This document shows positions 55,113 to 64,000 of a stretch of DNA of 64,000 nt, one piece after another (positions within the stretch are counted from its first letter, which is position 1; every line of letters starts with the position of its first letter). A model generated the notes under the pieces. The model worked only from the letters and a program-made list of their open reading frames with translations. It was not told the origin of the DNA and did not search any database. The stretch is from positions 27,706-91,705 of the forward strand of contig CAVTQI010000004.1 in NCBI GenBank assembly GCA_963736835.1, written 5' to 3'. A program made the translations under genes and the position numbers. Source of the stretch: an uncultured Actinomycetes bacterium. GTDB taxonomy: Bacteria; Actinomycetota; Thermoleophilia; Gaiellales; Gaiellaceae.

Positions 55113-55982
55113 CTAGCGGCGCCGGAAGCTGAGGCTCGGGCTGGCCCCGTGGAAGTACCCGGAGCCGGCCTGGTTGGTGGTGATGAAGATCCGCAGCTTG
55201 TTCAAGCCGCGCGGAAGGTTGCGCATCTTGAACCGCTTCGCGGACTGGCTGTTGAAGACGACCTTCTTGAGGCTGACCCACTCGCCGAAGTGATTCAGCC
55301 GCTGGACGTAGACCCAATGGCCTGCGTACTTGTTCGGCTGAGCCCTGGCGACGAACCAGCTGCCCGACTTCGCGAGCCGGAGCCGCGGCTGAACGGCGAC
55401 CATGATGATCGCGCTCGTCTTTCCCTTCCAAATCGCCTTGTAGGACGTGAGGAGCTGCGGCGTCGTCGTGAAGTCCCAGACGCCGTTCGTCGTCGTCTGG
55501 ACATCGGCGATCTTCTGGAACGACGCTGTGCCGGCCGGCTGCGCCCACACGGCGACCGTGTCACCAACCGCCGCCGGCGAGATCGCACCGCCGACATGGA
55601 TCAGGTTTCCGTAGACGGCGATGCCCGTGGACGCCCCGATCGAGACCGACGGCGGCGCACCCGTCACCTTGACGGTGCCCTTCAATGTCGGGTGGAGGGC
55701 ATCGTGGTAGTTGTAGATACCGGGCGTGTCGATCCGCTTCGCGTAGATCCGCTGGGGCGCGATCTGCCCGGAGGCGAACGCTCCGTTGTTGGCCACGACC
55801 TGATGGTTCACGGTGTCAACGTTCTTCCAGGTCACCGTGTCGCCACCGGGGATCGTGATCGTCTTCGGAACGAAACCCGTCGACTTGATGCTTACGGTCT
55901 TGCCCGCGGTGAGGCCCGCGAACGCAAAGCCGGCACCCGCAAGGGCACACGCCGCAGTAGCTATCGCAAGAGCCTTCTTCAT
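55113..55982 (-). CDS. secreted cupredoxin-fold protein lacking the type-1 Cu Cys/Met ligands, with beta-rich C-terminal region
   Basis: Signal peptide. FVPKTITIPGGDTVTWKNVDTVNHQV and GIYNYHDALHPTLKGTVKV align to GxYxYxCxxHxxMxG with Cys replaced by Asp and Met by Leu. Confidence 0.6.
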   Translation of the reverse strand: MKKALAIATAACALAGAGFAFAGLTAGKTVSIKSTGFVPKTITIPGGDTVTWKNVDTVNHQVVANNGAFASGQIAPQRIYAKRIDTPGIYNYHDALHPTLKGTVKVTGAPPSVSIGASTGIAVYGNLIHVGGAISPAAVGDTVAVWAQPAGTASFQKIADVQTTTNGVWDFTTTPQLLTSYKAIWKGKTSAIIMVAVQPRLRLAKSGSWFVARAQPNKYAGHWVYVQRLNHFGEWVSLKKVVFNSQSAKRFKMRNLPRGLNKLRIFITTNQAGSGYFHGASPSLSFRRR

Positions 55983-56123
55983 CTTGGCGTTTCCCCCTAG
56001 TCGTTGACGTCTGTATATGGAACGGGTTGAACGTTCGGAAGTTGCGTACCCGCTGTAAGGATTTTGGAAAAGCGGCTCAGCGAATCCACCGAGGGGCCGC
56101 TCGTCAACGCGTGTTCCGCTTGG

Positions 56124-56999
56124 TTACGCGCGGATGGCTCCGCTACGCGCTGCGGCGTAGCAGGGGGCGGCCTGGTCCGGGGCGAGCACCAGGCGCAGGC
56201 GCGTTCCGCGCAGCACGCGGAGGCGGAAGCCGGCCGAGGTGACCACGGTCGGCGCCGTGCCCGGCTTCGCGGTCTTCAGGGTCACGCGCTTGACGGCCTT
56301 CCAGGCCTTCTTCGCGCGCACGTAGCGCTGGACGACGACGGCCTTTCCGGTGAAGGGCCGGGCTGCCGTGAGCGACGCGGTGAAGCGACCACGGCGGACC
56401 CGCTTCAGCCTGAGGCCGGGCGCCACCGAGACGTTCAGCTCGGGGCTCATCGTGTTCTTCCACGACGCTCGATACACGGTGTTGAGCGCCGGGCTCGCGG
56501 TCGCGCTCCAGGCGCCGCCGGCCGTGCTCGTAGCCGAGGCGACCTTCGTGAACGTCGTCTGGCCGCAGGCCTTCGCCTCGAGCGAGACGGCTTCGCCGGT
56601 CGCGCCGTTCGAGACCGCGCCGGACATCGTCGACTGCTTGCCGTACGCGACGAGCGCGGGCGCAGCCTTGATCGAGACGCCGGTGCGGACGGTCACCGTT
56701 CCGCGACGGTTGGTGGCGAACGCGTCGCGGTAGCCGAAGTTGCCCGATTTCGTGAACGTGACCGAGTACGTCTGGTCCTGCGCGAGGACCGGCGAGGTCG
56801 GCCAACTCCCCTGGTCGAAGAGCACCTGGTGGCTCTGGTTGTCCTTGTTCGTCCAGGTGACCGAGTCGCCGAAGTCGACGGTGACCTTGGTCGGCGTGAA
56901 CCCGGCACGGGTGATGTCGACCGTCTTGGTCGCCGCGAAGGCGGAGGGGATGGCGAGCACGGCGAGAGCGACGAGAATCAGGGGCGGAAAGCGTCTCAT
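56124..56999 (-). CDS. secreted cupredoxin-fold paralog (ligands further degenerated)
   Basis: Signal peptide. FTPTKVTVDFGDSVTWTNKDNQSHQV, GNFGYRDAFATNRRGTVTV. Same overall length and layout as the 55113-55982 protein. Confidence 0.6.
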   Translation of the reverse strand: MRRFPPLILVALAVLAIPSAFAATKTVDITRAGFTPTKVTVDFGDSVTWTNKDNQSHQVLFDQGSWPTSPVLAQDQTYSVTFTKSGNFGYRDAFATNRRGTVTVRTGVSIKAAPALVAYGKQSTMSGAVSNGATGEAVSLEAKACGQTTFTKVASATSTAGGAWSATASPALNTVYRASWKNTMSPELNVSVAPGLRLKRVRRGRFTASLTAARPFTGKAVVVQRYVRAKKAWKAVKRVTLKTAKPGTAPTVVTSAGFRLRVLRGTRLRLVLAPDQAAPCYAAARSGAIRA

Positions 57000-57079
57000 G
57001 GAAAAAGACTTCGGTTTGCGGGACGTTTCTCCTATCCCCTGTCCGAAGGAAAGCGCTCGATCCTTACACTCCCCGAACA

Positions 57080-57739
57080 ATGCGGGCACTCGTCACAGGA
57101 GGAACCGGGCGCGTCGGTTCGATCGTGGCGGAGCGGCTCAGGCACGAGAACTGGTCGGTCGTGGCCGCCGGCCGCGCTCAGGGCGACCTCGCGTCGGCGG
57201 ACGGCGCACGCGTCCTCGTCGAGACCGCGGTCGACGAGCTCGGAGGCCTCGATCTGCTCGTCAATGCCGCCGGAGAGGGTTTCTCCGCGAAGCCGGTCGG
57301 TGAGGTGACCGAGGCCGACTGGAACGCGGCCCTCGGAGCAACCGCCAAGGGGAGCTTCTTCACCACACAGGCCGCCGCGCCGCAGCTCCGCGAGGCCCGC
57401 GGCGTCGTGATCATGATCGAGGACGTGGCCGCCTACGAGCCGTGGCCGTCCTTCGCGGCCCACTGCGCGGCGAAGGCGGCCCAGGCGATGCTGACCCGGG
57501 TCTTCGCCCGGGCGCTCGCGCCCGAGGTGCGCGTCTGCGGCATCGCGCCCGGCCCGGTCGCGGTCGAGCCCGGCCAGGAAGAGCGGCGTGCGGGCGAGAC
57601 GCTTCTCGGTCGGGTCGGCTCGCCCGAGGATGTCGCGGAGGCAGTTCTCTTCCTCGCGAGCGCCGACTTCGTCACCGGCACGAGCCTCTTCGTCGACGGC
57701 GGGCGGCACCTGCAATCCAGGAGCCTTCCGGGGCCGTAG
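57080..57739 (+). CDS. SDR-family oxidoreductase
   Basis: MRALVTGGTGRVGS, NAAG, YxxxK context FAAHCAAKAA. Confidence 0.85.
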   Translation: MRALVTGGTGRVGSIVAERLRHENWSVVAAGRAQGDLASADGARVLVETAVDELGGLDLLVNAAGEGFSAKPVGEVTEADWNAALGATAKGSFFTTQAAAPQLREARGVVIMIEDVAAYEPWPSFAAHCAAKAAQAMLTRVFARALAPEVRVCGIAPGPVAVEPGQEERRAGETLLGRVGSPEDVAEAVLFLASADFVTGTSLFVDGGRHLQSRSLPGP

Positions 57740-57755
57740 AAATGATGGAAGGAAC

Positions 57756-58361
57756 ATGTCTTCAGCGCTCGCACTCCGTACAGGCTTGCCCGGCAGGCCT
57801 CGACTCGCCACCATCCACGTCGTGGAGACGACGACCGACGGCGACCTGATCGCCCGCGTGGGCGAGGGTGACGCCGGAGCGTTCGAGCAGCTCTACCGGC
57901 GTTACTCGCGACCCGTGTTCGCGCTCGCCCTCAGGCGGCTCGGGGACCGGGGCCGAGCGGAAGACGCCGTCCAGGAGACGTTCGCCTCGATCTGGCGCTC
58001 GGCCGGGAGCTACCGCCGCGAGCGTGGGCCGGGCGCGCCCTGGCTCTACGCCGTCGCGCGGAACGCGATCGTCGACCGCCGCCGTGCCCTCGGCCCGGTT
58101 CCCGCCGAGCCCGTCGACGAGGCGTCCTCGGACGCGGGCCCCGACGAACGGGCCGAGTCGAGCTGGACGGCCTGGCGCATCCATCGCGCGCTCGCCGAGC
58201 TTCCCGAGCAGGAACGGAAATTGATCGAGCTCGCCTACTGGGGCGGGCTCTCGCAGAGCGAGATCGCCGATTTCGTCGGAATCCCGCTGGGAACGGTCAA
58301 GACGCGGACCCGCAGCGCCCTCTCGCGGCTCGCAGATGCACTGGAAGGAGAGCTGGCGTGA
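57756..58361 (+). CDS. ECF sigma factor
   Basis: AFEQLYRRYSRPVFALALRRLGDRGRAEDAVQETF, LSQSEIADFVGIPLGTVKTRTRSAL. Confidence 0.85.
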   Translation: MSSALALRTGLPGRPRLATIHVVETTTDGDLIARVGEGDAGAFEQLYRRYSRPVFALALRRLGDRGRAEDAVQETFASIWRSAGSYRRERGPGAPWLYAVARNAIVDRRRALGPVPAEPVDEASSDAGPDERAESSWTAWRIHRALAELPEQERKLIELAYWGGLSQSEIADFVGIPLGTVKTRTRSALSRLADALEGELA

Positions 58362-58960
58362 GCAAGACACCGGACTTTCGAGATCTGGTCGGGGACGACC
58401 TCTCGCCCGAAGAGCGAGCGCGCCTGGAGCGCGTCCACGACATGCTGATCACGGCAGGGCCGCCCCCGGAGCTCCCGCCCGAGCTGCAGGAGGTTCCCTC
58501 AGAGCGCTCGGCGGTGGAGCCGACCGGTCTTCCGCGGCGACGCGTCGGCGCCGCGCTCGCGCTCGCCGCGGCGATCGCGCTCATCGCGTTCCTCGGCGGG
58601 TACATCGCCGGTCATTCCGGGGCGGGCGAGTCGTTCCAGTCCGTCCAGAACGTGACGCTCGGGAACAGCGAGGCTTCCGCGGTCGTGCGCTTCGGGCCGA
58701 AGGACGCGAACGGGAACACGACGATGGACGTCAAGGTGAAGGGGCTTCGCCCGCTGCCCGAGGACGACTACTACGTCCTCTTCATGACGAAGCGCGGCAA
58801 GCCGGTCGTGGAGTGTGGGACATTCAACATCCGCCGCGGGGGGCCGACCTCGCTCCACTTCACGGTCGCCTACGACCCGGCTGACTTCGACGGCCTCCAG
58901 CTCGCCCACTGGCGGCACTCCGACCACAAGGACGTGCCGGTCTTCAGCCAGAAGATCTAG
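58358..58960 (+). CDS. putative anti-sigma factor (single TM, RskA-like extracytoplasmic domain)
   Basis: GTGA overlap with the ECF sigma gene. TM VGAALALAAAIALIAFLGGYIAG at residues 53-75. Confidence 0.6.
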   Translation: MSKTPDFRDLVGDDLSPEERARLERVHDMLITAGPPPELPPELQEVPSERSAVEPTGLPRRRVGAALALAAAIALIAFLGGYIAGHSGAGESFQSVQNVTLGNSEASAVVRFGPKDANGNTTMDVKVKGLRPLPEDDYYVLFMTKRGKPVVECGTFNIRRGGPTSLHFTVAYDPADFDGLQLAHWRHSDHKDVPVFSQKI

Positions 58961-58966
58961 TTCTGG

Positions 58967-59671
58967 CTAGGGCGCGATCCGGTCGTTCGCGACGAACGCC
59001 GCGTGCGTGACCGGCATCTGCTTCTCGAGGAACGCCTCCGCGGCGGCGGCGTACTGACGAATCTCGAACTGCGCCGCCTCGTGGTTCCGTAGCGAGCAGA
59101 AGTGCATGAGACTGCGTGGATTGCAGCTCCAGTAGTACTTGGTGTATGTCGAGAGCGGAAGGACGGCACGCGCGACTTCCTTCGCCACGCCCTGCTCCAG
59201 CATGCGCTCGTACGCCTGAAACGCTCGCGTCGCGTTCTCCTCGATCTCCCGCTGGACGTTCTCGCGCACCTCGTCCTCGACCGGCTCGAAGGTGTACGCG
59301 CCGGGTTTGCCGACCTGCGTGCGCACGTTCTCCGGGACGTAGAACTCAGGCTCCATCTTCGAATAGCGCCCGCTCCACTCGTTGTACGAATGGCCGGCTC
59401 GATGACGGTGGTGCTCACGCACGACGAAGAGCGGCGCTTTGACGACGAAGCGGAAGTAGCCGTGCTCGAACGGGCTCCCGTGCCGCTCGCGCATCAGGAA
59501 GCGGATCAGCCCCGCGTCGCGCTCGCCCATCTCGTCGGATGCCTGGTTGAAGGAGACGCGCGCGCCGTTCACGACCGCGAGGTCGGAGGCGAGTGATCCG
59601 TCGAGAGCGAGGAAGCCGTGGTCGAGGACGGAGACGACGTTCTCCGCTAGGACTTCGGGCATGACGGCCAC
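58967..59671 (-). CDS. thyX: FAD-dependent thymidylate synthase ThyX
   Basis: ThyX signature REHHRHRAGHSYNEWSGRY. Alternative ATG at 59662. Confidence 0.9.
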   Translation of the reverse strand: MAVMPEVLAENVVSVLDHGFLALDGSLASDLAVVNGARVSFNQASDEMGERDAGLIRFLMRERHGSPFEHGYFRFVVKAPLFVVREHHRHRAGHSYNEWSGRYSKMEPEFYVPENVRTQVGKPGAYTFEPVEDEVRENVQREIEENATRAFQAYERMLEQGVAKEVARAVLPLSTYTKYYWSCNPRSLMHFCSLRNHEAAQFEIRQYAAAAEAFLEKQMPVTHAAFVANDRIAP

Positions 59672-60311
59672 GAAGTCGAGTGTACCGGGGCTCTATGTCG
59701 GCACCTCTGGCTGGTCCTATCCCACCTGGCGACCGGGCTTCTATCCGGCCGGGACGAAGCCCGGCGAGTTTCTCGGCCACTACGCGGGGCGACTGCCGAG
59801 CGTCGAGTTGAACTCGACCGGCTACCGGATTCCGGCCGAGGAGCAGTTCCGCCGCTGGGCCGAGCAAACGCCCGACGGCTTCCGCTTCGCCGTGAAGATG
59901 CAGGCGTACCAGCTCCGCCAGGCCGGGACGTTCGAGGAGCGGGTGCGGCTGCTGGGCGAGCGGCTCGGGCCGATCCGGCTCCTCGTCGGGCAGGCGCGGG
60001 ACGAGGGCTTCCTCACGCTCGCTCTCGGCTCACTCGACCCTGAGCAGCGGATCGCGTTCGACTTCCGCCACGAGTCGTGGGCGGGAATCGGACTGCCGAA
60101 GAATGCCGTTCGGGTCAACGACTACGAGGCCGAGGCGCCGTTCCGCTACCTGCGCTTCCGCGAGCCGCCGTACTCGGAGCGCGACCTCGCCGGGCACGCC
60201 GAGCTGATCCGGCCACTCGTTGCGAGCGGGGTCGAGGTCTACTGCTACTACCGCCACGAGGACGAGCCGACCGCGCCGCGGTATGCGCAGCAACTACTCG
60301 AGCGCATCTAG
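59661..60311 (+). CDS. DUF72-family protein
   Basis: LYVGTSGWSYPTWRPGFYP..LPSVELNSTGY..DGFRFAVKM. Confidence 0.8.
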   Translation: MTATKSSVPGLYVGTSGWSYPTWRPGFYPAGTKPGEFLGHYAGRLPSVELNSTGYRIPAEEQFRRWAEQTPDGFRFAVKMQAYQLRQAGTFEERVRLLGERLGPIRLLVGQARDEGFLTLALGSLDPEQRIAFDFRHESWAGIGLPKNAVRVNDYEAEAPFRYLRFREPPYSERDLAGHAELIRPLVASGVEVYCYYRHEDEPTAPRYAQQLLERI

Positions 60312-61186
60312 CGCGCGGCCGCGCGGCGGCCGACGACTTCGACCACGGAGGACAGGTCCTCGTCGCCGCGCCCGAGCTCGACGGCCTGCTCGAACGCTTC
60401 GTGCACCGCCTCGACCAGCGGGAGCTCGAGCTCGGTGCGCCCGGCGGCCTCGAGCACGAGGCTGGCGTCCTTCCGGGCGAGCGAGGCCTTGAAGCTCGGT
60501 TCGAAGCTCCGCTCGATCATCGCCTTGCCCTTGAGCTGGAGATAGGGGGTGTCGAGCGGCCCGCCCGAGAGCGCGTCGAGAATGTCGTTCGGGTCGACGC
60601 CGAGCGCCCTGGCCAGCGAGATCGCCTCGGCCGCTCCCTCGACGACCGCGAGCAGCCACGTGTTGATGATGATCTTGAAGCGCTGGCCCGCACCTGCCTC
60701 GCCGACCCAGCGCGTTGCTTTGCCGATCGCGTCGAAGATCGGCTCGCACCGCTCCCTGGCCTCTTCTGGCCCGGAGGCGAAGACGACGAGCTCGCCTTTC
60801 TCGGCGGGCTCCTTCGTGCCCAGCACCGGTGCGTCGACGAAGACGAGGCCGTTGGCCGCGGCGATCTCGGCCAGCAGCTCCGTAGCCGAGATGCCGACCG
60901 TCGTCGACTGGATCCAGGTCGCGCCTTTCCGAGCCGCGGGCGCGGCGTCCTCCATGACCTCTTCGACGGCTGGGCCGTCGGCGAGGAACGTGATCAGGAC
61001 GTCGACCTCTGCCACGGCGTCGGCGACCGAGCTCTTCACGGCCACACCGTCCGTGGACAACGGGTCCGCCTTCTCGTGGGTCCGGTTCCACGCCTGCACA
61101 TCGAAGCCCGCCCGGGCGAGGTTTCGCGCGACGGGAAAGCCGATCGTCCCCGTTCCGAGAAGTGCGATCTTCGGCTTCGGGCTCAC
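60308..61186 (-). CDS. NAD(P)-dependent oxidoreductase (3-hydroxyisobutyrate/6-phosphogluconate dehydrogenase-like)
   Basis: GTG 61186: KIALLGTGTIGFPVARNL..VFVDAPVLGT..ARKDASLVLEAA. Confidence 0.85.
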   Translation of the reverse strand: MSPKPKIALLGTGTIGFPVARNLARAGFDVQAWNRTHEKADPLSTDGVAVKSSVADAVAEVDVLITFLADGPAVEEVMEDAAPAARKGATWIQSTTVGISATELLAEIAAANGLVFVDAPVLGTKEPAEKGELVVFASGPEEARERCEPIFDAIGKATRWVGEAGAGQRFKIIINTWLLAVVEGAAEAISLARALGVDPNDILDALSGGPLDTPYLQLKGKAMIERSFEPSFKASLARKDASLVLEAAGRTELELPLVEAVHEAFEQAVELGRGDEDLSSVVEVVGRRAAAR

Positions 61187-61316
61187 CTCATCGGTGTTCC
61201 CGAGGGACCGCGAACGAAACGGTTCCGAGCGATCGTCGAGATGCCGGTCAGACGTTTGCGAGCAACCTACGCCGGGGTACCTCGACCCTGGAACTGACAT
61301 CCAAGGAGGAGGGGTC

Positions 61317-61805
61317 ATGGCAGAACTCACGACACTCGAGGAGAAGCTGGCCGAGGTCACGGGGCTCGCGATGGCGGCCCAGGGCGCGGTCGAGAAGGTC
61401 TCCGGGCTCGTCGAGGACGACGATCTCAGGCAGACGCTCGACCGGATGGCGCGCGAGGCCAAGGAGACCGAGGAGCGGTGCACGCAGCTCGCCGAGGAGA
61501 TGGACGGGAAGAAGACCGCGGTCCTCGACAAGGCGCGCGAGACGAAGCAGGAAGCGACCCAGATGATGCGGACGTACCTCGGTCAGGACGCGGAGGGCCT
61601 GGACGGCTTCGAGTTCCTGACGATGGCCGAGGCCGGAGAGGTCGGGCACTGGGAGGTGCTCGGCGTGCTCGGCGAGAAGGCCGGGAAGATGGACGTGCAG
61701 GAGCTCGTCCAGTGGGCCGTCCCGATCCAGCAGCGCCACTTCGACGAGGCGCGCCAGGGATCGCTGAAGCTCGCCGCGGACGAGGATCCGAACGAGACCA
61801 GCTAG
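61317..61805 (+). CDS. helical-bundle (ferritin-like/DUF892-like) stress protein, hypothetical
   Basis: 162 aa, all-helical and charged. Strong RBS AAGGAGGAGGGG. Confidence 0.45.
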   Translation: MAELTTLEEKLAEVTGLAMAAQGAVEKVSGLVEDDDLRQTLDRMAREAKETEERCTQLAEEMDGKKTAVLDKARETKQEATQMMRTYLGQDAEGLDGFEFLTMAEAGEVGHWEVLGVLGEKAGKMDVQELVQWAVPIQQRHFDEARQGSLKLAADEDPNETS

Positions 61806-61922
61806 GCGTGTCGGCCGGGGCCGGCTCGGTCCCGCCCCGGCCGACAATCTCCCTGATCGACGAGACGATCGGCTCGCTCTCCTCGTCGGTGTTGAAGAAG
61901 CGCGGGCCGATGCGCAGGCCCG

Positions 61923-62954
61923 CTAGCTAAGGCGCTTGAGCAGGCCGAGGGCCCGCTGGTTCCAGGGGACGCGATGCGTGGTGCCCGCGGCGGCCATGCG
62001 CTCGCGGTTGGCGAGGTACCAGTCGTAGGCTCTGGCGAGCGCTTCCGCGTTGGAGTAGCGGGACTGCCAGCCGAGGAGCCGCTGGGCCCGGGAGGCGTCC
62101 ACATACGAGTCGCGGTGCGCGGTCTTGTAGTGCCACTCGCCAAGCGGCGACAGGTGCGCGAGCTCGAGCGCGCGGAGGGCGAGCTCGGCGGGACGCGCGG
62201 GCACGGGGCGCAGCGTGCTGGACGAGCGGGCGTGCTCGATCAGGGCTTCGAGGTCCGAGCGGACGGTTCCGAAATCGGTCGCGCCGAGGTTCAGCGTCTC
62301 GCCCGCAATTGGCTTCGTCCCGGCGAGAAGGACGGCTTCGGCGAGGTCGTCCACGTCGAGCAGCTGGTAACGGTTCGATCCGTCGCCAAGGATCGGGACG
62401 CGCCTGCCCTCGCGGATCCAGTCGAAGAGGATCTCGAAGACGCCGAGCCGTTCCGGGCCGAGGAAGGTCTTCGGGCGAAGGATCACGACCTCGGGGCCCT
62501 GGGCGGCGAACGAGCGGGCCACCTCCTCGGCCTCGATTTTCGAGCGACCGTAGTGGCCGACGCCTTCGAGGGGGGCGTCTTCGATGATCGGGTGCGTCTT
62601 CGGCACGCCGTAGACCGCGGTCGAGGAGATGACGATCGCACGAGGGACGCCGGCGCGGAGCGCCGCCTCGAGAACGGTCTTCGTGCCCTGGACGTTGACG
62701 GACGAGATCTCGCTGCCCGAGCCGCGGATGGGCAGGGCCGCGGCGGCGTGGACGACGACGTCTGCGCCGCGCGCGAGTCGCTCGGCGGCCGCGGGGTCGC
62801 GGACGTCCCCGCGTAGCTCGTCGACCGCGCGCTCGAGCTCGGGCGCATCGAGCGGTTCAACGTCCAGCGTGCGCACCTCTTCATCGACTGCGAGGAGCCG
62901 TCGCGCGAGGCGCAGCCCGAGGAACCCCGCACCTCCGGAGATCGCCCAGAGCAT
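61923..62954 (-). CDS. NAD-dependent epimerase/dehydratase family protein
   Basis: ISGGAGFLGLRLARRL, YGRSK catalytic motif. ATG 62954. Confidence 0.85.
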   Translation of the reverse strand: MLWAISGGAGFLGLRLARRLLAVDEEVRTLDVEPLDAPELERAVDELRGDVRDPAAAERLARGADVVVHAAAALPIRGSGSEISSVNVQGTKTVLEAALRAGVPRAIVISSTAVYGVPKTHPIIEDAPLEGVGHYGRSKIEAEEVARSFAAQGPEVVILRPKTFLGPERLGVFEILFDWIREGRRVPILGDGSNRYQLLDVDDLAEAVLLAGTKPIAGETLNLGATDFGTVRSDLEALIEHARSSSTLRPVPARPAELALRALELAHLSPLGEWHYKTAHRDSYVDASRAQRLLGWQSRYSNAEALARAYDWYLANRERMAAAGTTHRVPWNQRALGLLKRLS

Positions 62955-63133
62955 GGCCAAGACGATATTGGCTCGAAGCCGGCACGGACCGGTTCGGAGC
63001 TCGGCGATACGCTCAGCTCGGGCGGCGGGAGGACCTTCAATCCCCACCCGGGTGGGGCCGCGCGCGTGTACTAACTAAGTGCGCCCGATTGCAGGCTCAG
63101 GCGAGGCTCGATCGGGCCCCTCCGCTACGACGA

Positions 63134-63433
63134 TCAGCGGCGCCGCATCGCGACGACGTTCACGCTCACGATCGCCACGCAGACCAGCGCGATTCCCGCA
63201 AGCCCGGCGGCTGCGCCGGCGATCGCCAGCAACGGGATCGCCAGCCCGAGCGAGCCCAGGATGAGCGGCGTGACCATGCGGTGCTCCGGCTGTCCACCGC
63301 TTCGCGACCGAAGCTCGAGCTGTTTCTCGACCCGCTCCAGGAACGAGTCGACCAGCGTGGGCTCGTACTCCTGTCCCAGCTCCCGCCGGGCTGCGAGAGC
63401 AGCCTGAAGCTCGTCGCGATCGCTCGCGGTCAT
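63134..63433 (-). CDS. small membrane protein (DUF1707-like N-terminus)
   Basis: SDRDELQAALAARRELG, then two TM helices. Confidence 0.5.
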   Translation of the reverse strand: MTASDRDELQAALAARRELGQEYEPTLVDSFLERVEKQLELRSRSGGQPEHRMVTPLILGSLGLAIPLLAIAGAAAGLAGIALVCVAIVSVNVVAMRRR

Positions 63434-63481
63434 AGCGCGAGTATGCGCCGCCCGGGCCGACCCGAAAAGGACAGCTCGGAC

Positions 63482-64000
63482 CTATTCGTACTGGAGCGCA
63501 CGCAGCACGTTCAGCCGGCTCGCCCGCCGCGCCGGCGCAACCGCAGCCAGCACGCCCGCGATCATCGCCACGATCGCGAACCCGATCAGGTTCTTCCACG
63601 GCGGCACGAACTCGACGTTGAACTGCGACAGCGCACGCGTCACGAGCACGGCGAGGAACACACCGAGCGGCAGGCCGAGCGCCGCACCGATCAGCGCGGT
63701 GATCACGCTCTCCTGCCGCACCATCCGCGACACCTGGTGCCTCGTCATCCCGACCGCGCGCAGCATCCCCAGCTCGCGCGTGCGCTCGAAGACGCTCAGC
63801 ACGAGCGTATTGATCATCCCGACGAGGCTCACGATCACGGCGAGCGCGAGCAGCACGTACAGGAGCAGCAGGAAGTTGTCGAAGTCCTCGTCCTGAGCGG
63901 AGATCCACTCGTCGCGCGTCTGCACCTGCGCGTCGGGGAAGTTCGTCAGATCCCGCTCGAGCTTTGCCTGCGTCGCGTCGCTCGGCGTGCTCTTCACGTC
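63482..64000 (-). CDS. ABC transporter permease, FtsX/MacB-type C-terminal domain (5' end outside window)
   Basis: VFERTRELGMLRAVGMTRHQV, ARRASRLNVLRALQYE*. Confidence 0.8.
   Translation of the reverse strand, partial: DVKSTPSDATQAKLERDLTNFPDAQVQTRDEWISAQDEDFDNFLLLLYVLLALAVIVSLVGMINTLVLSVFERTRELGMLRAVGMTRHQVSRMVRQESVITALIGAALGLPLGVFLAVLVTRALSQFNVEFVPPWKNLIGFAIVAMIAGVLAAVAPARRASRLNVLRALQYE

Noticed and set aside
59660-59663. thyX and DUF72 start codons sharing the palindrome CATG (back-to-back overlapping starts)
   Set aside because: It depends on choosing the second ATG of thyX (59662). With ATG 59671 the genes simply overlap by 11 nt. It is likely a coincidence of start-codon choice.
63042-63057. 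Perfect 16-bp palindrome CCCCACCCGGGTGGGG between the small membrane protein gene and the epimerase gene
   Set aside because: It is probably just a GC hairpin or weak terminator. There is no U-tail on either strand and no repeat elsewhere in the window.
1-64000. Search for tRNA, rRNA, tmRNA, CRISPR, transposase, integrase, phage or toxin-antitoxin genes
   Set aside because: Reading both strands, I found no cloverleaf-like segments, rRNA-like conserved blocks, repeat-spacer arrays or recognisable mobile-element or defence proteins. A proper tRNAscan or Infernal run was not possible.

Overview
High-GC (about 70%) actinobacterial-type chromosomal segment. It is densely coding (about 80 CDS on both strands). 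I found no rRNA, tRNA, CRISPR array, transposase or integrase. Content is mostly housekeeping and accessory metabolism. It includes nucS, thyX, folE2, plsY, sodA, an fpg/nei glycosylase and a primary-like sigma-70. It also includes two ECF sigma modules, three two-component kinases, two class III cyclases, MFS, MMPL, ZIP and EamA transporters, and an amino-acid ABC operon. Many small detoxification-type families are present: four RibD_C/DHFR-like paralogs, VOC/PhnB, cupins and aldo-keto reductases. There is a cell-wall theme: GH25 lysozyme, M15 peptidase, an L,D-transpeptidase-like protein, a C39-like peptidase and an HtrA protease. The most interesting signals are non-coding. (1) A 6C-like small RNA lies on the minus strand at about 36966-37090, with two hairpins carrying CCCUCCCC loops and a U-tail. 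(2) Directly upstream of it is a phased (11-bp) array of octamers of type nyTCTyAG. The same 8-3-8 box recurs in the divergent htrA / response-regulator promoter and over the stop codon of the cognate kinase gene. This suggests a small envelope-stress regulon of an MprAB-like system that includes the sRNA. Other notable items follow. A 63-bp second copy of the fpg 3' end differs from the first only by synonymous changes. A perfect three-way-junction structure lies upstream of the ZIP transporter. Two secreted proteins share a long polyproline linker plus an Arg-rich PASTA-like domain, and one of them is frameshifted. An ABC permease is frameshifted. Two genes have conserved N-termini that can only start at CTG inside CTGA overlaps. 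All functional calls come from reading the translated ORFs for motifs. No database search was run.
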